Assembly (NCBI RefSeq): GCF_013122565.1
Contig: NZ_CP053258.1
Strand: one strand, 5' to 3'
Source of the DNA: Escherichia coli
Lineage (GTDB): Bacteria; Pseudomonadota; Gammaproteobacteria; Enterobacterales; Enterobacteriaceae
DNA: 64,000 nucleotides
In this document: in pieces, positions 1 through 11,353 of the stretch
Layout: each line of letters opens with the position of its first letter
Numbering within the stretch: position 1 is the first letter of the stretch
Notes under the pieces: generated by a model
Seen by the model: only the letters and a program-made list of their open reading frames with translations
Told to the model about the DNA's origin: nothing
Database searches by the model: none
Translations under genes and position numbers: made by a program

Positions 1-1
1 G

Positions 2-661
2 ATGCTGGCGCTGGGCTGTCAGTTTATTTCCCCCAGCCAGCATGTGGCTGACGCTTTCAATAGTCTGTACGGGCCAGGGCGTTGCCGGATTATCAATAAT
101 GGTATTGATATGGCAACCGAAGCGATTCTGGCGGACTTGCCTCCGGTGCGCGAAACCCAGGGCAAGCCGAAAATCGCGGTGGTGGCGCATGACCTGCGTT
201 ACGACGGCAAGACTAACCAGCAACTGGTGCGTGAGATGATGGCGCTGGGCGACAAAATTGAACTGCATACCTTTGGTAAGTTCTCGCCGTTCACCGCTGG
301 CAACGTGGTCAATCACGGCTTTGAAACCGACAAACGTAAGCTGATGAGCGCGCTCAATCAGATGGATGCGCTGGTGTTCAGTTCTCGTGTCGATAACTAC
401 CCACTGATTTTGTGTGAGGCGTTATCAATTGGCGTGCCGGTGATTGCCACCCATAGCGACGCGGCGCGTGAAGTGTTGCAAAAATCCGGCGGTAAAACCG
501 TCAGCGAAGAAGACGTGCTGCAACTGGTCCAGTTAAGCAAACCGGAAATCGCGCAGGCGATATTTGGTACCACACTGGCTGAGTTCAGCCAACGCAGCCG
601 CGCCGCCTACAGTGGACAACAGATGCTGGAGGAGTATGTCAACTTCTATCAGAATCTGTAG
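2..661 (+). CDS. wcaC: Colanic acid biosynthesis glycosyltransferase WcaC, C-terminal part (5' end lies before the window)
   Basis: ORF runs from the window edge to a stop at 661; position immediately upstream of wcaD-wcaE-wcaF-gmd matches the conserved E. coli colanic acid cluster order; GT4-like C-terminal motifs (recalled). Confidence 0.8.
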   Translation: MLALGCQFISPSQHVADAFNSLYGPGRCRIINNGIDMATEAILADLPPVRETQGKPKIAVVAHDLRYDGKTNQQLVREMMALGDKIELHTFGKFSPFTAGNVVNHGFETDKRKLMSALNQMDALVFSSRVDNYPLILCEALSIGVPVIATHSDAAREVLQKSGGKTVSEEDVLQLVQLSKPEIAQAIFGTTLAEFSQRSRAAYSGQQMLEEYVNFYQNL

Positions 662-1853
662 CTACCTGCTGCTGCCGCTGATCTACCTGCTGGTTAACGT
701 CAAAATCGCCCAGCTTGGTGAAAGTTTCCCCATCACTATCGTCACTTTTTTACCTGTCTTGTTACTGCTGTTTTTAGAACGCATCAGCGTTAAAAAATTG
801 ATGATTGCCTTAGGGATTGGTGCGGGACTCACGGCGTTTAACTATCTGTTTGGTCAGTCGCTGGATGCCAGTAAATACGTCACTTCAACCATGCTGTTTG
901 TCTATATTGTGATCATTATTGGCATGGTGTGGAGTATTCGCTTTAAAACGATTTCGCCACACAACCATCGCAAGATATTACGTTTCTTTTATCTGGTGGT
1001 CGGGCTGGTGGTGGCGCTGGCGGCGGTGGAGATGGCGCAAATTATCCTCACCGGCGGCAGCAGTATTATGGAGTCGATTTCGAAATATCTGATTTACAGC
1101 AACAGCTATGTGCTGAATTTCATCAAATTCGGCGGCAAGCGCACGACAGCACTTTATTTCGAACCGGCATTTTTCGCTCTGGCATTAATCTCAATTTGGC
1201 TCAGCATCAAACAGTTTGGTATCAAAACGCCTAAAACCGATGCTATGATTCTCGCAGGGATAATATTATCCGGATCGTTTTCAGGGGTTATGGCCTTTAT
1301 CCTGTTTTATTTGCTGGAGTGGGCATTTCAATATCTGAATAAAGAGGCGATTAAGAAAAAGTTACCGTTAGCATTGATTTCTCTGGCTGTATTCCTGGTT
1401 GGTGTAGTAATTGCATTTCCTTATATTTCCACCCGTCTGGGCGATTTAGGTACGGAAGGATCGTCATCGTATTATCGTATTGTCGGTCCGCTGGTGATGG
1501 TCGGTTATTCTTTGACCCATATTGACGGTGTAGTCAGATTTGGCTCACTTTATGAATATGTCGCATCATTCGGAATATTTAACGGTGCGGATGTCGGAAA
1601 AACCATAGACAATGGTTTGTATCTGCTGATTATTTATTTTTCCTGGTTTGCGGTGTTTTTATCGCTGTGGTACATGGGGAAAGTGATAAAAATGATGATC
1701 AACGCTTTTGGTGATAACCGCAATTTTCGCGTGCAATTATATCTTTTTACTCCGGTATCGCTGTTTTTTACCGGTTCGATATTTAGCCCGGAATATGCAT
1801 TTTTAATCGTCTGTCCGTTTATTTTGCGAAAAGCGTTAAATATTACGAGGTAA
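636..1853 (+). CDS. wcaD: Colanic acid polymerase WcaD (polytopic membrane protein)
   Basis: Track ORF 564..1853; internal Met gives 405 aa starting [19 protein letters not shown], matching recalled WcaD N-terminus and length; multiple hydrophobic segments; synteny. Confidence 0.85.
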   Translation: MSTSIRICSYLLLPLIYLLVNVKIAQLGESFPITIVTFLPVLLLLFLERISVKKLMIALGIGAGLTAFNYLFGQSLDASKYVTSTMLFVYIVIIIGMVWSIRFKTISPHNHRKILRFFYLVVGLVVALAAVEMAQIILTGGSSIMESISKYLIYSNSYVLNFIKFGGKRTTALYFEPAFFALALISIWLSIKQFGIKTPKTDAMILAGIILSGSFSGVMAFILFYLLEWAFQYLNKEAIKKKLPLALISLAVFLVGVVIAFPYISTRLGDLGTEGSSSYYRIVGPLVMVGYSLTHIDGVVRFGSLYEYVASFGIFNGADVGKTIDNGLYLLIIYFSWFAVFLSLWYMGKVIKMMINAFGDNRNFRVQLYLFTPVSLFFTGSIFSPEYAFLIVCPFILRKALNITR

Positions 1854-1863
1854 GAATAAGAAC

Positions 1864-2610
1864 ATGTTGCTTAGCATAATCACTGTCGCGTTTCGTAACC
1901 TCGAAGGGATAGTCAAAACACATGCCTCGCTGGCGCATCTGGCGCAGGCGGACGATATGAGCTTCGAATGGATTGTTGTCGATGGCGGTTCCAACGACGG
2001 TACCCGTGAGTATCTGGAAAATCTCAATGGTATCTATAACCTACGCTTTGTCAGCGAGCCAGATAACGGTATCTACGACGCCATGAACAAAGGCATTGCG
2101 ATGGCACAAGGCAAGTTCGCGTTGTTTCTCAATTCGGGCGATATTTTTCATCAGGATGCCGCAAATTTTGTCCGTAAGTTAAAAGTGCAAAAAGATAACG
2201 TGATGATCACCGGCGATGCGCTGCTGGATTTTGGCGACGGGCATAAAATTAAACGTAGCGCCAAACCGGGCTGGTATATTTATCACAGCCTGCCCGCCAG
2301 TCATCAGGCGATATTTTTCCCGGTATCCGGCTTGAAAAAATGGCGTTATGACCTGGAATATAAAGTTTCTTCTGATTACGCGCTGGCGGCCAAAATGTAT
2401 AAAGCCGGTTATGCATTTAAAAAACTCAATGGCCTGGTGTCTGAATTTTCTATGGGTGGGGTATCTACCACCAATAATATGGAATTGTGTGCTGACGCGA
2501 AAAAAGTCCAACGGCAAATATTACATGTGCCTGGCTTCTGGGCAGAATTATCCTGGCATTTACGCCAACGTACTACCTCAAAGACGAAAGCCTTATATAA
2601 CAAAAGCTGA
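1864..2610 (+). CDS. wcaE: Colanic acid biosynthesis glycosyltransferase WcaE (GT2)
   Basis: 248 aa ORF starting [18 protein letters not shown]2-like DxD region (VVDGGSNDG); synteny. Confidence 0.9.
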   Translation: MLLSIITVAFRNLEGIVKTHASLAHLAQADDMSFEWIVVDGGSNDGTREYLENLNGIYNLRFVSEPDNGIYDAMNKGIAMAQGKFALFLNSGDIFHQDAANFVRKLKVQKDNVMITGDALLDFGDGHKIKRSAKPGWYIYHSLPASHQAIFFPVSGLKKWRYDLEYKVSSDYALAAKMYKAGYAFKKLNGLVSEFSMGGVSTTNNMELCADAKKVQRQILHVPGFWAELSWHLRQRTTSKTKALYNKS

Positions 2611-2625
2611 ATATAAGGGAAAACG

Positions 2626-3174
2626 ATGCAAGATTTAAGCGGTTTCTCGGTGCCGAAAGGGTTCCGGGGCAGCAATGCTATTAAAGTGCAATTGTGGTGG
2701 GCGGTACAGGCAACAATATTTGCCTGGTCGCCACAAGTATTGTATCGCTGGCGGGCATTTTTATTACGTTTATTCGGCGCAAAAATAGGAAAAAACGTAA
2801 TTATTCGTCCGTCAGTAAAAATTACCTATCCGTGGAAATTAACTTTAGGTGATTACGCGTGGGTCGGCGATGACGTCAATTTATATACCCTCGGTGAAAT
2901 AACCATTGGCGCACATTCGGTGATATCGCAAAAAAGTTATTTATGCACCGGGAGCCACGACCATGCAAGTCAACATTTCACCATTAACGCCACGCCTATT
3001 GTGATTGGCGAGAAATGCTGGCTGGCAACCGATGTTTTTGTTGCCCCAGGCGTCACGATTGGCGACGGCACCGTCGTGGGTGCACGAAGCAGTGTTTTTA
3101 AATCGCTTCCGGCAAATGTGGTTTGCCGGGGGAATCCTGCAGTGGTGATACGCGAACGCGTTGAAACTGAATAA
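2626..3174 (+). CDS. wcaF: Colanic acid biosynthesis acetyltransferase WcaF (hexapeptide-repeat family)
   Basis: 182 aa ORF with left-handed beta-helix type repeats near the C-terminus; synteny. Confidence 0.9.
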   Translation: MQDLSGFSVPKGFRGSNAIKVQLWWAVQATIFAWSPQVLYRWRAFLLRLFGAKIGKNVIIRPSVKITYPWKLTLGDYAWVGDDVNLYTLGEITIGAHSVISQKSYLCTGSHDHASQHFTINATPIVIGEKCWLATDVFVAPGVTIGDGTVVGARSSVFKSLPANVVCRGNPAVVIRERVETE

Positions 3175-3200
3175 ATTCAAAAAATACAGAGGAATAAGAC

Positions 3201-4322
3201 ATGTCAAAAGTCGCTCTCATCACCGGTGTAACCGGACAAGACGGTTCTTACCTGGCAGAGTTTCTGCTGGAAAAAGGTTACGAGGTGCATGGTATTAAGC
3301 GTCGCGCATCGTCATTCAACACCGAGCGCGTGGATCATATTTATCAGGATCCGCACACCTGCAACCCGAAATTCCATCTGCATTATGGCGACCTGAGTGA
3401 TACCTCCAACCTGACGCGCATTTTGCGTGAAGTGCAGCCGGATGAAGTGTACAACCTGGGCGCAATGAGCCACGTTGCGGTTTCTTTTGAGTCACCGGAA
3501 TATACCGCTGACGTCGACGCGATGGGTACGCTGCGCCTGCTCGAGGCGATCCGCTTCCTCGGTCTGGAAAAGAAAACCCGTTTCTATCAGGCTTCCACCT
3601 CTGAACTGTATGGTCTGGTGCAGGAAATTCCGCAGAAAGAAACCACGCCGTTCTACCCGCGATCTCCGTATGCGGTCGCCAAACTGTACGCCTACTGGAT
3701 CACCGTTAACTACCGCGAATCCTACGGCATGTACGCCTGCAACGGTATTCTCTTCAACCATGAATCCCCGCGCCGTGGCGAAACCTTCGTTACCCGCAAA
3801 ATCACCCGCGCAATCGCCAACATCGCCCAGGGGCTGGAGTCGTGCCTGTACCTCGGCAATATGGATTCCCTGCGTGACTGGGGCCATGCCAAAGACTACG
3901 TAAAAATGCAGTGGATGATGCTGCAACAGGAACAGCCGGAAGATTTCGTTATCGCGACCGGCGTTCAGTACTCCGTACGTCAGTTCGTGGAAATGGCGGC
4001 AGCACAGCTGGGCATCAAACTGCGCTTTGAAGGCACGGGTGTTGAAGAGAAGGGCATTGTGGTTTCCGTCACCGGGCATGACGCGCCGGGCGTGAAACCG
4101 GGTGATGTGATTATCGCCGTTGACCCGCGTTACTTCCGTCCGGCTGAAGTTGAAACGCTGCTCGGCGACCCGACCAAAGCGCACGAAAAACTGGGCTGGA
4201 AACCGGAAATCACCCTCAGAGAGATGGTATCTGAAATGGTGGCTAATGACCTCGAAGCGGCGAAAAAACACTCTCTGCTGAAATCTCACGGCTACGACGT
4301 GGCGATCGCGCTGGAGTCATAA
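3201..4322 (+). CDS. gmd: GDP-mannose 4,6-dehydratase
   Basis: 373 aa; N-terminal Rossmann motif [14 protein letters not shown]; short-chain dehydrogenase/reductase-type YxxxK present; followed by fcl and gmm. Confidence 0.95.
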
Positions 4323-4324
4323 GC

Positions 4325-5290
4325 ATGAGTAAACAACGCATTTTTATTGCTGGCCATCGCGGGATGGTCGGTTCCGCCATCAGGCGGCAGCTCGAACAGC
4401 GCGGTGATGTGGAGCTGGTATTACGCACCCGCGATGAACTGAACCTGCTGGACAGCCGCGCGGTGCATGATTTCTTTGCCAGCGAAAGCATTGACCAGGT
4501 CTATCTGGCGGCGGCGAAAGTGGGCGGCATTGTTGCCAACAACACGTATCCGGCGGATTTCATCTATCAGAACATGATGATTGAGAGCAACATCATTCAC
4601 GCCGCGCATCAGAACGACGTGAACAAACTGCTGTTTCTCGGATCGTCCTGTATCTACCCCAAACTGGCAAAACAGCCGATGGCAGAAAGCGAGTTATTGC
4701 AGGGCACGCTGGAGCCGACCAACGAGCCTTACGCCATTGCCAAAATCGCCGGGATCAAACTGTGCGAATCTTACAACCGCCAGTATGGACGCGATTACCG
4801 CTCAGTCATGCCGACCAACCTGTATGGCCCGCATGACAACTTCCACCCGAGTAATTCGCATGTGATCCCTGCATTGCTGCGTCGCTTCCACGAGGCGACG
4901 GCACAGAATGCGCCGGACGTGGTGGTATGGGGCAGCGGTACACCGATGCGTGAATTCCTGCACGTCGATGATATGGCGGCGGCCAGCATTCACGTGATGG
5001 AGCTGGCGCACGAAGTCTGGCTGGAGAACACCCAGCCGATGCTGTCGCATATTAACGTCGGTACCGGTGTTGACTGCACTATCCGCGAGCTGGCGCAAAC
5101 CATCGCCAAAGTGGTGGGTTACAAAGGTCGGGTGGTTTTTGATGCCAGTAAACCGGATGGTACGCCGCGCAAACTGCTGGATGTGACGCGCCTGCATCAG
5201 CTTGGCTGGTATCACGAAATCTCACTGGAAGCGGGGCTTGCCAGCACTTACCAGTGGTTCCTTGAGAATCAAGACCGCTTTCGGGGGTAA
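4325..5290 (+). CDS. fcl: GDP-L-fucose synthase (GDP-4-keto-6-deoxymannose 3,5-epimerase/4-reductase)
   Basis: 321 aa; starts [19 protein letters not shown]; adjacent to gmd; length matches recalled Fcl. Confidence 0.95.
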   Translation: MSKQRIFIAGHRGMVGSAIRRQLEQRGDVELVLRTRDELNLLDSRAVHDFFASESIDQVYLAAAKVGGIVANNTYPADFIYQNMMIESNIIHAAHQNDVNKLLFLGSSCIYPKLAKQPMAESELLQGTLEPTNEPYAIAKIAGIKLCESYNRQYGRDYRSVMPTNLYGPHDNFHPSNSHVIPALLRRFHEATAQNAPDVVVWGSGTPMREFLHVDDMAAASIHVMELAHEVWLENTQPMLSHINVGTGVDCTIRELAQTIAKVVGYKGRVVFDASKPDGTPRKLLDVTRLHQLGWYHEISLEAGLASTYQWFLENQDRFRG

Positions 5291-5292
5291 TG

Positions 5293-5772
5293 ATGTTTTT
5301 ACGTCAGGAAGACTTTGCCACGGTAGTGCGCTCCACACCGCTTGTCTCTCTCGACTTTATTGTCGAGAACAGTCGCGGCGAGTTTCTGCTTGGCAAAAGA
5401 ACCAACCGCCCGGCGCAGGGTTACTGGTTTGTGCCGGGAGGGCGCGTGCAGAAAGACGAAACGCTGGAAGCCGCATTTGAGCGGCTGACGATGGCGGAAC
5501 TGGGGCTGCGTCTGCCGATAACAGCAGGCCAGTTTTACGGTGTCTGGCAGCACTTTTATGACGATAACTTCTCCGGCAAGGATTTCACCACTCACTATGT
5601 GGTGCTCGGTTTTCGCTTCAGAGTCGCTGAAGAAGAGCTGTTACTGCCGGATGAGCAGCATGACGATTACCGCTGGCTGACGCCGGACGCACTGCTCGCC
5701 AGTGACAATGTTCACGCTAACAGCCGCGCCTATTTTCTCGCTGAGAAGCGTGCCGGAGTACCCGGATTATGA
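5293..5772 (+). CDS. gmm: GDP-mannose mannosyl hydrolase (NUDIX family)
   Basis: 159 aa from the second of two tandem ATGs ([12 protein letters not shown]...); NUDIX-like region; start overlaps fcl stop. Confidence 0.9.
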   Translation: MFLRQEDFATVVRSTPLVSLDFIVENSRGEFLLGKRTNRPAQGYWFVPGGRVQKDETLEAAFERLTMAELGLRLPITAGQFYGVWQHFYDDNFSGKDFTTHYVVLGFRFRVAEEELLLPDEQHDDYRWLTPDALLASDNVHANSRAYFLAEKRAGVPGL

Positions 5773-6992
5773 AAATACTGGTCTACGGCATTAACTACTC
5801 GCCGGAGTTAACCGGCATCGGCAAATACACCGGCGAGATGGTGGAATGGCTGGCGGCACAAGGTCATGAGGTGCGGGTCATTACCGCACCGCCTTACTAC
5901 CCGCAGTGGCAGGTGGGCGAGAACTATTCCGCCTGGCGGTACAAACGAGAAGAGGGGGCCGCTACGGTGTGGCGCTGCCCGCTGTACGTGCCAAAACAGC
6001 CGAGCACCCTGAAACGCCTGTTGCATCTCGGCAGTTTTGCCGTCAGCAGTTTTTTCCCGTTGATGGCGCAACGTCGCTGGAAGCCGGATCGTATTATCGG
6101 CGTGGTGCCAACGCTGTTTTGCACGCCGGGAATGCGCCTGCTGGCGAAACTCTCTGGTGCGCGTACCGTGCTGCATATTCAGGATTACGAAGTGGACGCC
6201 ATGCTGGGGCTGGGCCTTGCCGGAAAAGGCAAAGGCGGCAAAGTGGCACAGCTGGCAACGGCGTTCGAACGTAGCGGACTGCATAACGTCGATAACGTCT
6301 CCACGATTTCGCGTTCGATGATGAATAAAGCCATCGAAAAAGGCGTGGTGGCGGAAAACGTCATCTTCTTCCCCAACTGGTCGGAAATTGCCCGTTTTCA
6401 GCATGTTGCAGATGCCGATGTTGATGCCCTTCGTAACCAGCTTGGCCTGCCGGATAACAAAAAAATCATTCTTTACTCCGGCAATATTGGTGAAAAGCAG
6501 GGGCTGGAAAACGTTATTGAAGCTGCCGATCGCCTGCGCGATGAACCGCTGATTTTTGCCATTGTCGGGCAGGGCGGCGGCAAAGCGCGGCTGGAAAAAA
6601 TGGCGCAACAGCGTGGTCTGCGCAACATGCAATTTTTTCCGCTGCAATCGTATGACGCTTTACCCGCACTGCTGAAGATGGGCGATTGCCATCTGGTGGT
6701 GCAAAAACGCGGCGCGGCAGATGCCGTATTGCCGTCGAAACTGACCAATATTCTGGCGGTAGGCGGTAACGCGGTGATTACCGCAGAGGCCCACACAGAA
6801 CTGGGACAGCTTTGCGAAACCTTTCCGGGCATTGCGGTTTGCGTTGAACCAGAATCGGTCGAGGCGCTGGTGGCGGGGATCCGTCAGGCGCTCCTGCTGC
6901 CCAAACACAACACGGTGGCACGTGAATATGCCGAACGCACGCTCGATAAAGAGAACGTGTTACGTCAATTTATAAATGATATTCGGGGATAA
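5769..6992 (+). CDS. wcaI: Colanic acid biosynthesis glycosyltransferase WcaI (GT4)
   Basis: 407 aa starting [20 protein letters not shown]; 4-nt overlap with gmm stop; synteny. Confidence 0.9.
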   Translation: MKILVYGINYSPELTGIGKYTGEMVEWLAAQGHEVRVITAPPYYPQWQVGENYSAWRYKREEGAATVWRCPLYVPKQPSTLKRLLHLGSFAVSSFFPLMAQRRWKPDRIIGVVPTLFCTPGMRLLAKLSGARTVLHIQDYEVDAMLGLGLAGKGKGGKVAQLATAFERSGLHNVDNVSTISRSMMNKAIEKGVVAENVIFFPNWSEIARFQHVADADVDALRNQLGLPDNKKIILYSGNIGEKQGLENVIEAADRLRDEPLIFAIVGQGGGKARLEKMAQQRGLRNMQFFPLQSYDALPALLKMGDCHLVVQKRGAADAVLPSKLTNILAVGGNAVITAEAHTELGQLCETFPGIAVCVEPESVEALVAGIRQALLLPKHNTVAREYAERTLDKENVLRQFINDIRG

Positions 6993-6994
6993 TT

Positions 6995-8431
6995 ATGGCG
7001 CAGTCGAAACTCTATCCAGTTGTGATGGCAGGTGGCTCCGGTAGCCGCTTATGGCCGCTTTCCCGCGTACTTTACCCCAAGCAGTTTTTATGCCTGAAAG
7101 GCGATCTCACCATGCTGCAAACCACCATCTGCCGCCTGAACGGCGTGGAGTGCGAAAGCCCGGTGGTGATTTGCAATGAGCAGCACCGCTTTATTGTCGC
7201 GGAACAGCTGCGCCAACTGAACAAACTCACCGAGAACATTATTCTCGAACCAGCAGGGCGTAACACTGCACCAGCCATTGCGCTGGCGGCGCTGGCGGCA
7301 AAACGTCATAGCCCGGAGAGCGACCCGTTAATGCTGGTATTGGCGGCGGATCATGTGATTGCCGATGAAGACGCGTTCCGTGCCGCCGTGCGTAATGCCA
7401 TGCCATATGCCGAAGCGGGCAAGCTGGTGACCTTCGGCATTGTGCCGGATCTACCAGAAACCGGTTATGGCTATATTCGTCGCGGTGAAGTATCTGCGGG
7501 CGAGCAGGATACGGTGGCCTTTGAAGTGGCGCAGTTTGTCGAAAAACCGAATCTGGAAACCGCCCAGGCCTATGTGGCAAGTGGCGAATATTACTGGAAC
7601 AGCGGCATGTTCCTGTTCCGCGCCGGACGCTATCTCGAAGAACTGAAAAAATATCGCCCGGATATTCTCGATGCCTGTGAAAAAGCGATGAGCGCCGTCG
7701 ATCCGGATCTTGATTTTATTCGTGTGGATGAAGAAGCGTTTCTCGCCTGCCCGGAAGAGTCGGTGGATTACGCGGTCATGGAACGTACGGCAGATGCCGT
7801 TGTGGTGCCGATGGATGCGGGCTGGAGCGATGTCGGTTCCTGGTCTTCATTATGGGAGATCAGCGCCCACACCGCCGAGGGCAACGTTTGCCATGGCGAT
7901 GTGATTAATCACAAAACTGAAAACAGCTATGTGTACGCCGAATCTGGCCTGGTCACCACCGTCGGGGTGAAAGATCTGGTGGTGGTGCAGACCAAAGATG
8001 CGGTGCTGATTGCCGACCGCAACGCGGTGCAGGATGTGAAAAAAGTGGTCGAGCAGATCAAAGCCGATGGTCGCCATGAGCATCGGGTGCATCGCGAAGT
8101 CTATCGCCCGTGGGGCAAATATGACTCTATCGACGCGGGCGACCGCTACCAGGTGAAACGCATCACCGTGAAACCGGGCGAGGGTTTGTCGGTACAGATG
8201 CACCATCACCGCGCGGAACACTGGGTGGTGGTTGCGGGAACGGCAAAAGTCACCATTGACGGTGATATCAAACTGCTTGGTGAAAACGAGTCCATTTATA
8301 TTCCGCTGGGGGCGACGCACTGCCTGGAAAACCCGGGGAAAATTCCGCTCGATTTAATTGAAGTGCGCTCCGGCTCTTATCTCGAAGAGGATGATGTGGT
8401 GCGCTTCGCGGATCGCTACGGACGGGTGTAG
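6995..8431 (+). CDS. cpsB: Mannose-1-phosphate guanylyltransferase (bifunctional ManC family)
   Basis: 478 aa starting [24 protein letters not shown] (nucleotidyltransferase signature); C-terminal cupin-type domain; synteny. Confidence 0.95.
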   Translation: MAQSKLYPVVMAGGSGSRLWPLSRVLYPKQFLCLKGDLTMLQTTICRLNGVECESPVVICNEQHRFIVAEQLRQLNKLTENIILEPAGRNTAPAIALAALAAKRHSPESDPLMLVLAADHVIADEDAFRAAVRNAMPYAEAGKLVTFGIVPDLPETGYGYIRRGEVSAGEQDTVAFEVAQFVEKPNLETAQAYVASGEYYWNSGMFLFRAGRYLEELKKYRPDILDACEKAMSAVDPDLDFIRVDEEAFLACPEESVDYAVMERTADAVVVPMDAGWSDVGSWSSLWEISAHTAEGNVCHGDVINHKTENSYVYAESGLVTTVGVKDLVVVQTKDAVLIADRNAVQDVKKVVEQIKADGRHEHRVHREVYRPWGKYDSIDAGDRYQVKRITVKPGEGLSVQMHHHRAEHWVVVAGTAKVTIDGDIKLLGENESIYIPLGATHCLENPGKIPLDLIEVRSGSYLEEDDVVRFADRYGRV

Positions 8432-8532
8432 TAGTTGAATAATCAACCGGAATAAATCTCCGGCAAATAACGACAAAAACAAAATTGGCCGCTTCGGTCA
8501 GGGCCAACTATTGCCTGAAAAAGGGTAACGAC

Positions 8533-9903
8533 ATGAAAAAATTAACCTGCTTTAAAGCCTATGATATTCGCGGGAAATTAGGCGAAGAACTGAATGAAGA
8601 TATTGCCTGGCGCATTGGTCGTGCCTATGGCGAATTTCTCAAACCGAAAACCATTGTGTTAGGCGGTGATGTCCGCCTCACCAGCGAAACCTTAAAACTG
8701 GCGCTGGCAAAAGGTTTACAGGATGCGGGCGTCGATGTGCTGGATATCGGCATGTCCGGCACCGAAGAGATCTATTTCGCCACGTTCCATCTCGGCGTGG
8801 ATGGCGGCATTGAAGTTACTGCCAGCCATAATCCGATGGATTACAACGGCATGAAACTGGTGCGCGAAGGGGCTCGCCCGATCAGCGGGGATACCGGACT
8901 GCGCGATGTCCAGCGTCTGGCAGAAGCCAACGACTTTCCTCCCGTCGATGAAACCAAACGCGGTCGCTATCAGCAAATCAATCTGCGTGACGCTTACGTT
9001 GATCACCTGTTCGGTTATATCAACGTCAAAAACCTCACGCCGCTCAAGCTGGTGATCAACTCCGGGAACGGCGCAGCGGGTCCAGTAGTGGACGCCATTG
9101 AAGCCCGCTTTAAAGCCCTCGGCGCGCCCGTGGAATTAATCAAAGTACACAACACACCGGACGGCAATTTCCCCAACGGTATTCCTAACCCGCTGCTGCC
9201 GGAATGCCGCGACGACACCCGTAATGCGGTCATCAAACACGGCGCGGATATGGGCATTGCCTTTGACGGTGATTTTGATCGCTGTTTCCTGTTTGACGAA
9301 AAAGGGCAGTTTATCGAGGGCTACTACATTGTCGGCCTGCTGGCAGAAGCGTTCCTCGAAAAAAATCCCGGCGCGAAGATCATCCACGATCCACGTCTCT
9401 CCTGGAACACCGTTGATGTGGTGACTGCCGCAGGCGGCACCCCGGTAATGTCGAAAACCGGACACGCCTTTATTAAAGAACGTATGCGCAAGGAGGACGC
9501 CATCTACGGTGGCGAAATGAGCGCCCACCATTACTTCCGTGATTTCGCTTACTGCGACAGCGGCATGATCCCGTGGCTGCTGGTCGCCGAACTGGTGTGT
9601 CTGAAAGGAAAAACGCTGGGTGAACTGGTGCGCGACCGGATGGCAGCGTTTCCGGCAAGCGGTGAGATCAACAGCAAACTGGCGCAACCCGTTGAGGCGA
9701 TTAACCGCGTGGAACAGCATTTTAGCCGTGAGGCGCTGGCGGTGGATCGTACCGATGGTATCAGCATGACCTTTGCTGACTGGCGCTTTAACCTGCGCTC
9801 CTCCAACACCGAACCGGTGGTGCGGTTGAATGTGGAATCGCGCGGTGATGTGCCGCTGATGGAAGCGCGAACGCGAACTCTGCTGACGTTGCTGAACGAG
9901 TAA
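8533..9903 (+). CDS. cpsG: Phosphomannomutase
   Basis: Track ORF 8485..9903; internal start gives 456 aa starting [14 protein letters not shown]; phosphohexomutase active-site region TASHNP present. Confidence 0.95.
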   Translation: MKKLTCFKAYDIRGKLGEELNEDIAWRIGRAYGEFLKPKTIVLGGDVRLTSETLKLALAKGLQDAGVDVLDIGMSGTEEIYFATFHLGVDGGIEVTASHNPMDYNGMKLVREGARPISGDTGLRDVQRLAEANDFPPVDETKRGRYQQINLRDAYVDHLFGYINVKNLTPLKLVINSGNGAAGPVVDAIEARFKALGAPVELIKVHNTPDGNFPNGIPNPLLPECRDDTRNAVIKHGADMGIAFDGDFDRCFLFDEKGQFIEGYYIVGLLAEAFLEKNPGAKIIHDPRLSWNTVDVVTAAGGTPVMSKTGHAFIKERMRKEDAIYGGEMSAHHYFRDFAYCDSGMIPWLLVAELVCLKGKTLGELVRDRMAAFPASGEINSKLAQPVEAINRVEQHFSREALAVDRTDGISMTFADWRFNLRSSNTEPVVRLNVESRGDVPLMEARTRTLLTLLNE

Positions 9904-9957
9904 TGTCGGATCTTCCCTTACCCCACTGCGGGTAAGGGGCTAATAACAGGAACAACG

Positions 9958-11352
9958 ATGACAAATCTAAAAAAGCGCGAGCGAGCGAAAACCAATGCAT
10001 CGTTAATCTCTATGGTGCAACGCTTTTCAGATATCACCATCATGTTTGCCGGACTATGGCTGGTTTGCGAAGTCAGCGGACTGTCATTCCTCTACATGCA
10101 CCTGTTGGTGGCGCTGATTACGCTGGTGGTGTTCCAGATGCTGGGCGGCATCACCGATTTTTATCGCTCATGGCGCGGTGTTCGGGCAGCGACAGAATTT
10201 GCCCTGCTGCTACAAAACTGGACCTTAAGCGTGATTTTCAGCGCCGGACTGGTGGCGTTCAACAATGATTTCGACACGCAACTGAAAATCTGGCTGGCGT
10301 GGTATGGGCTGACCAGTATCGGACTGGTGGTTTGCCGTTCATGTATTCGTATTGGTGCGGGCTGGCTGCGTAATCATGGCTATAACAAGCGCATGGTCGC
10401 GGTGGCGGGGGATTTAGCCGCCGGACAAATGCTGATGGAGAGCTTCCGTAATCAGCCGTGGTTAGGGTTTGAAGTGGTGGGCGTATACCATGACCCAAAA
10501 CCGGGCGGCGTTTCTAACGACTGGGCGGGCAATCTGCAACAGCTGGTCGAGGACGCGAAAGCGGGCAAGATTCATAACGTCTATATCGCGATGCAAATGT
10601 GCGACGGCGCGCGAGTGAAAAAACTGGTCCATCAATTGGCGGACACCACCTGTTCGGTGCTGCTGATCCCCGATGTCTTTACCTTCAACATTCTCCATTC
10701 ACGTCTTGAAGAGATGAACGGCGTTCCGGTGGTGCCGCTTTACGACACGCCGCTTTCCGGGGTTAACCGCCTGCTCAAACGTGCGGAAGACATTGTGCTG
10801 GCGACGCTTATCCTGCTGCTGATCTCCCCGGTGCTGTGCTGTATTGCGCTGGCGGTGAAACTCAGTTCACCAGGGCCGGTTATTTTCCGCCAGACTCGCT
10901 ATGGCATGGATGGCAAGCCGATCAAAGTGTGGAAGTTTCGTTCCATGAAAGTGATGGAGAACGACAAAGTGGTGACCCAGGCGACGCAGAACGATCCGCG
11001 CGTCACCAAAGTGGGGAACTTTCTGCGCCGCACCTCGCTGGATGAATTGCCGCAGTTTATCAATGTGCTGACCGGCGGGATGTCGATTGTCGGGCCACGT
11101 CCGCACGCAGTAGCGCATAACGAACAGTATCGACAGCTCATTGAAGGCTACATGCTGCGCCATAAGGTGAAACCGGGCATTACCGGCTGGGCGCAGATTA
11201 ACGGCTGGCGCGGCGAAACCGACACGCTGGAGAAAATGGAAAAACGCGTCGAGTTCGACCTTGAGTACATCCGCGAATGGAGCGTCTGGTTCGATATCAA
11301 AATCGTTTTCCTGACGGTATTCAAAGGCTTCGTTAACAAAGCGGCATATTGA
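9958..11352 (+). CDS. wcaJ: Undecaprenyl-phosphate glucose-1-phosphate transferase WcaJ (initiating enzyme for colanic acid)
   Basis: 464 aa; N-terminal transmembrane segments and C-terminal sugar-transferase domain (…PGITGWAQINGWRGE…); synteny. Confidence 0.9.
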   Translation: MTNLKKRERAKTNASLISMVQRFSDITIMFAGLWLVCEVSGLSFLYMHLLVALITLVVFQMLGGITDFYRSWRGVRAATEFALLLQNWTLSVIFSAGLVAFNNDFDTQLKIWLAWYGLTSIGLVVCRSCIRIGAGWLRNHGYNKRMVAVAGDLAAGQMLMESFRNQPWLGFEVVGVYHDPKPGGVSNDWAGNLQQLVEDAKAGKIHNVYIAMQMCDGARVKKLVHQLADTTCSVLLIPDVFTFNILHSRLEEMNGVPVVPLYDTPLSGVNRLLKRAEDIVLATLILLLISPVLCCIALAVKLSSPGPVIFRQTRYGMDGKPIKVWKFRSMKVMENDKVVTQATQNDPRVTKVGNFLRRTSLDELPQFINVLTGGMSIVGPRPHAVAHNEQYRQLIEGYMLRHKVKPGITGWAQINGWRGETDTLEKMEKRVEFDLEYIREWSVWFDIKIVFLTVFKGFVNKAAY

Positions 11353-11353
11353 T

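Noticed and set aside
3492-4289. 265-aa ORF on the minus strand
   Set aside because: Lies entirely antisense within gmd, whose identity is secure; shadow ORF in GC-rich coding DNA.
5808-6647. 279-aa ORF on the minus strand
   Set aside because: Antisense within wcaI; Arg/His-rich composition with no recognisable domain.
8485-8532. N-terminal extensions in several track ORFs (cpsG, wcaD, galF, hisD, hisG, sbcB, yeeY, yeeX, pduU)
   Set aside because: Track ORFs start at the first in-frame Met or alternative start; the internal starts reproduce the expected conserved N-termini and lengths, so the extensions were trimmed.
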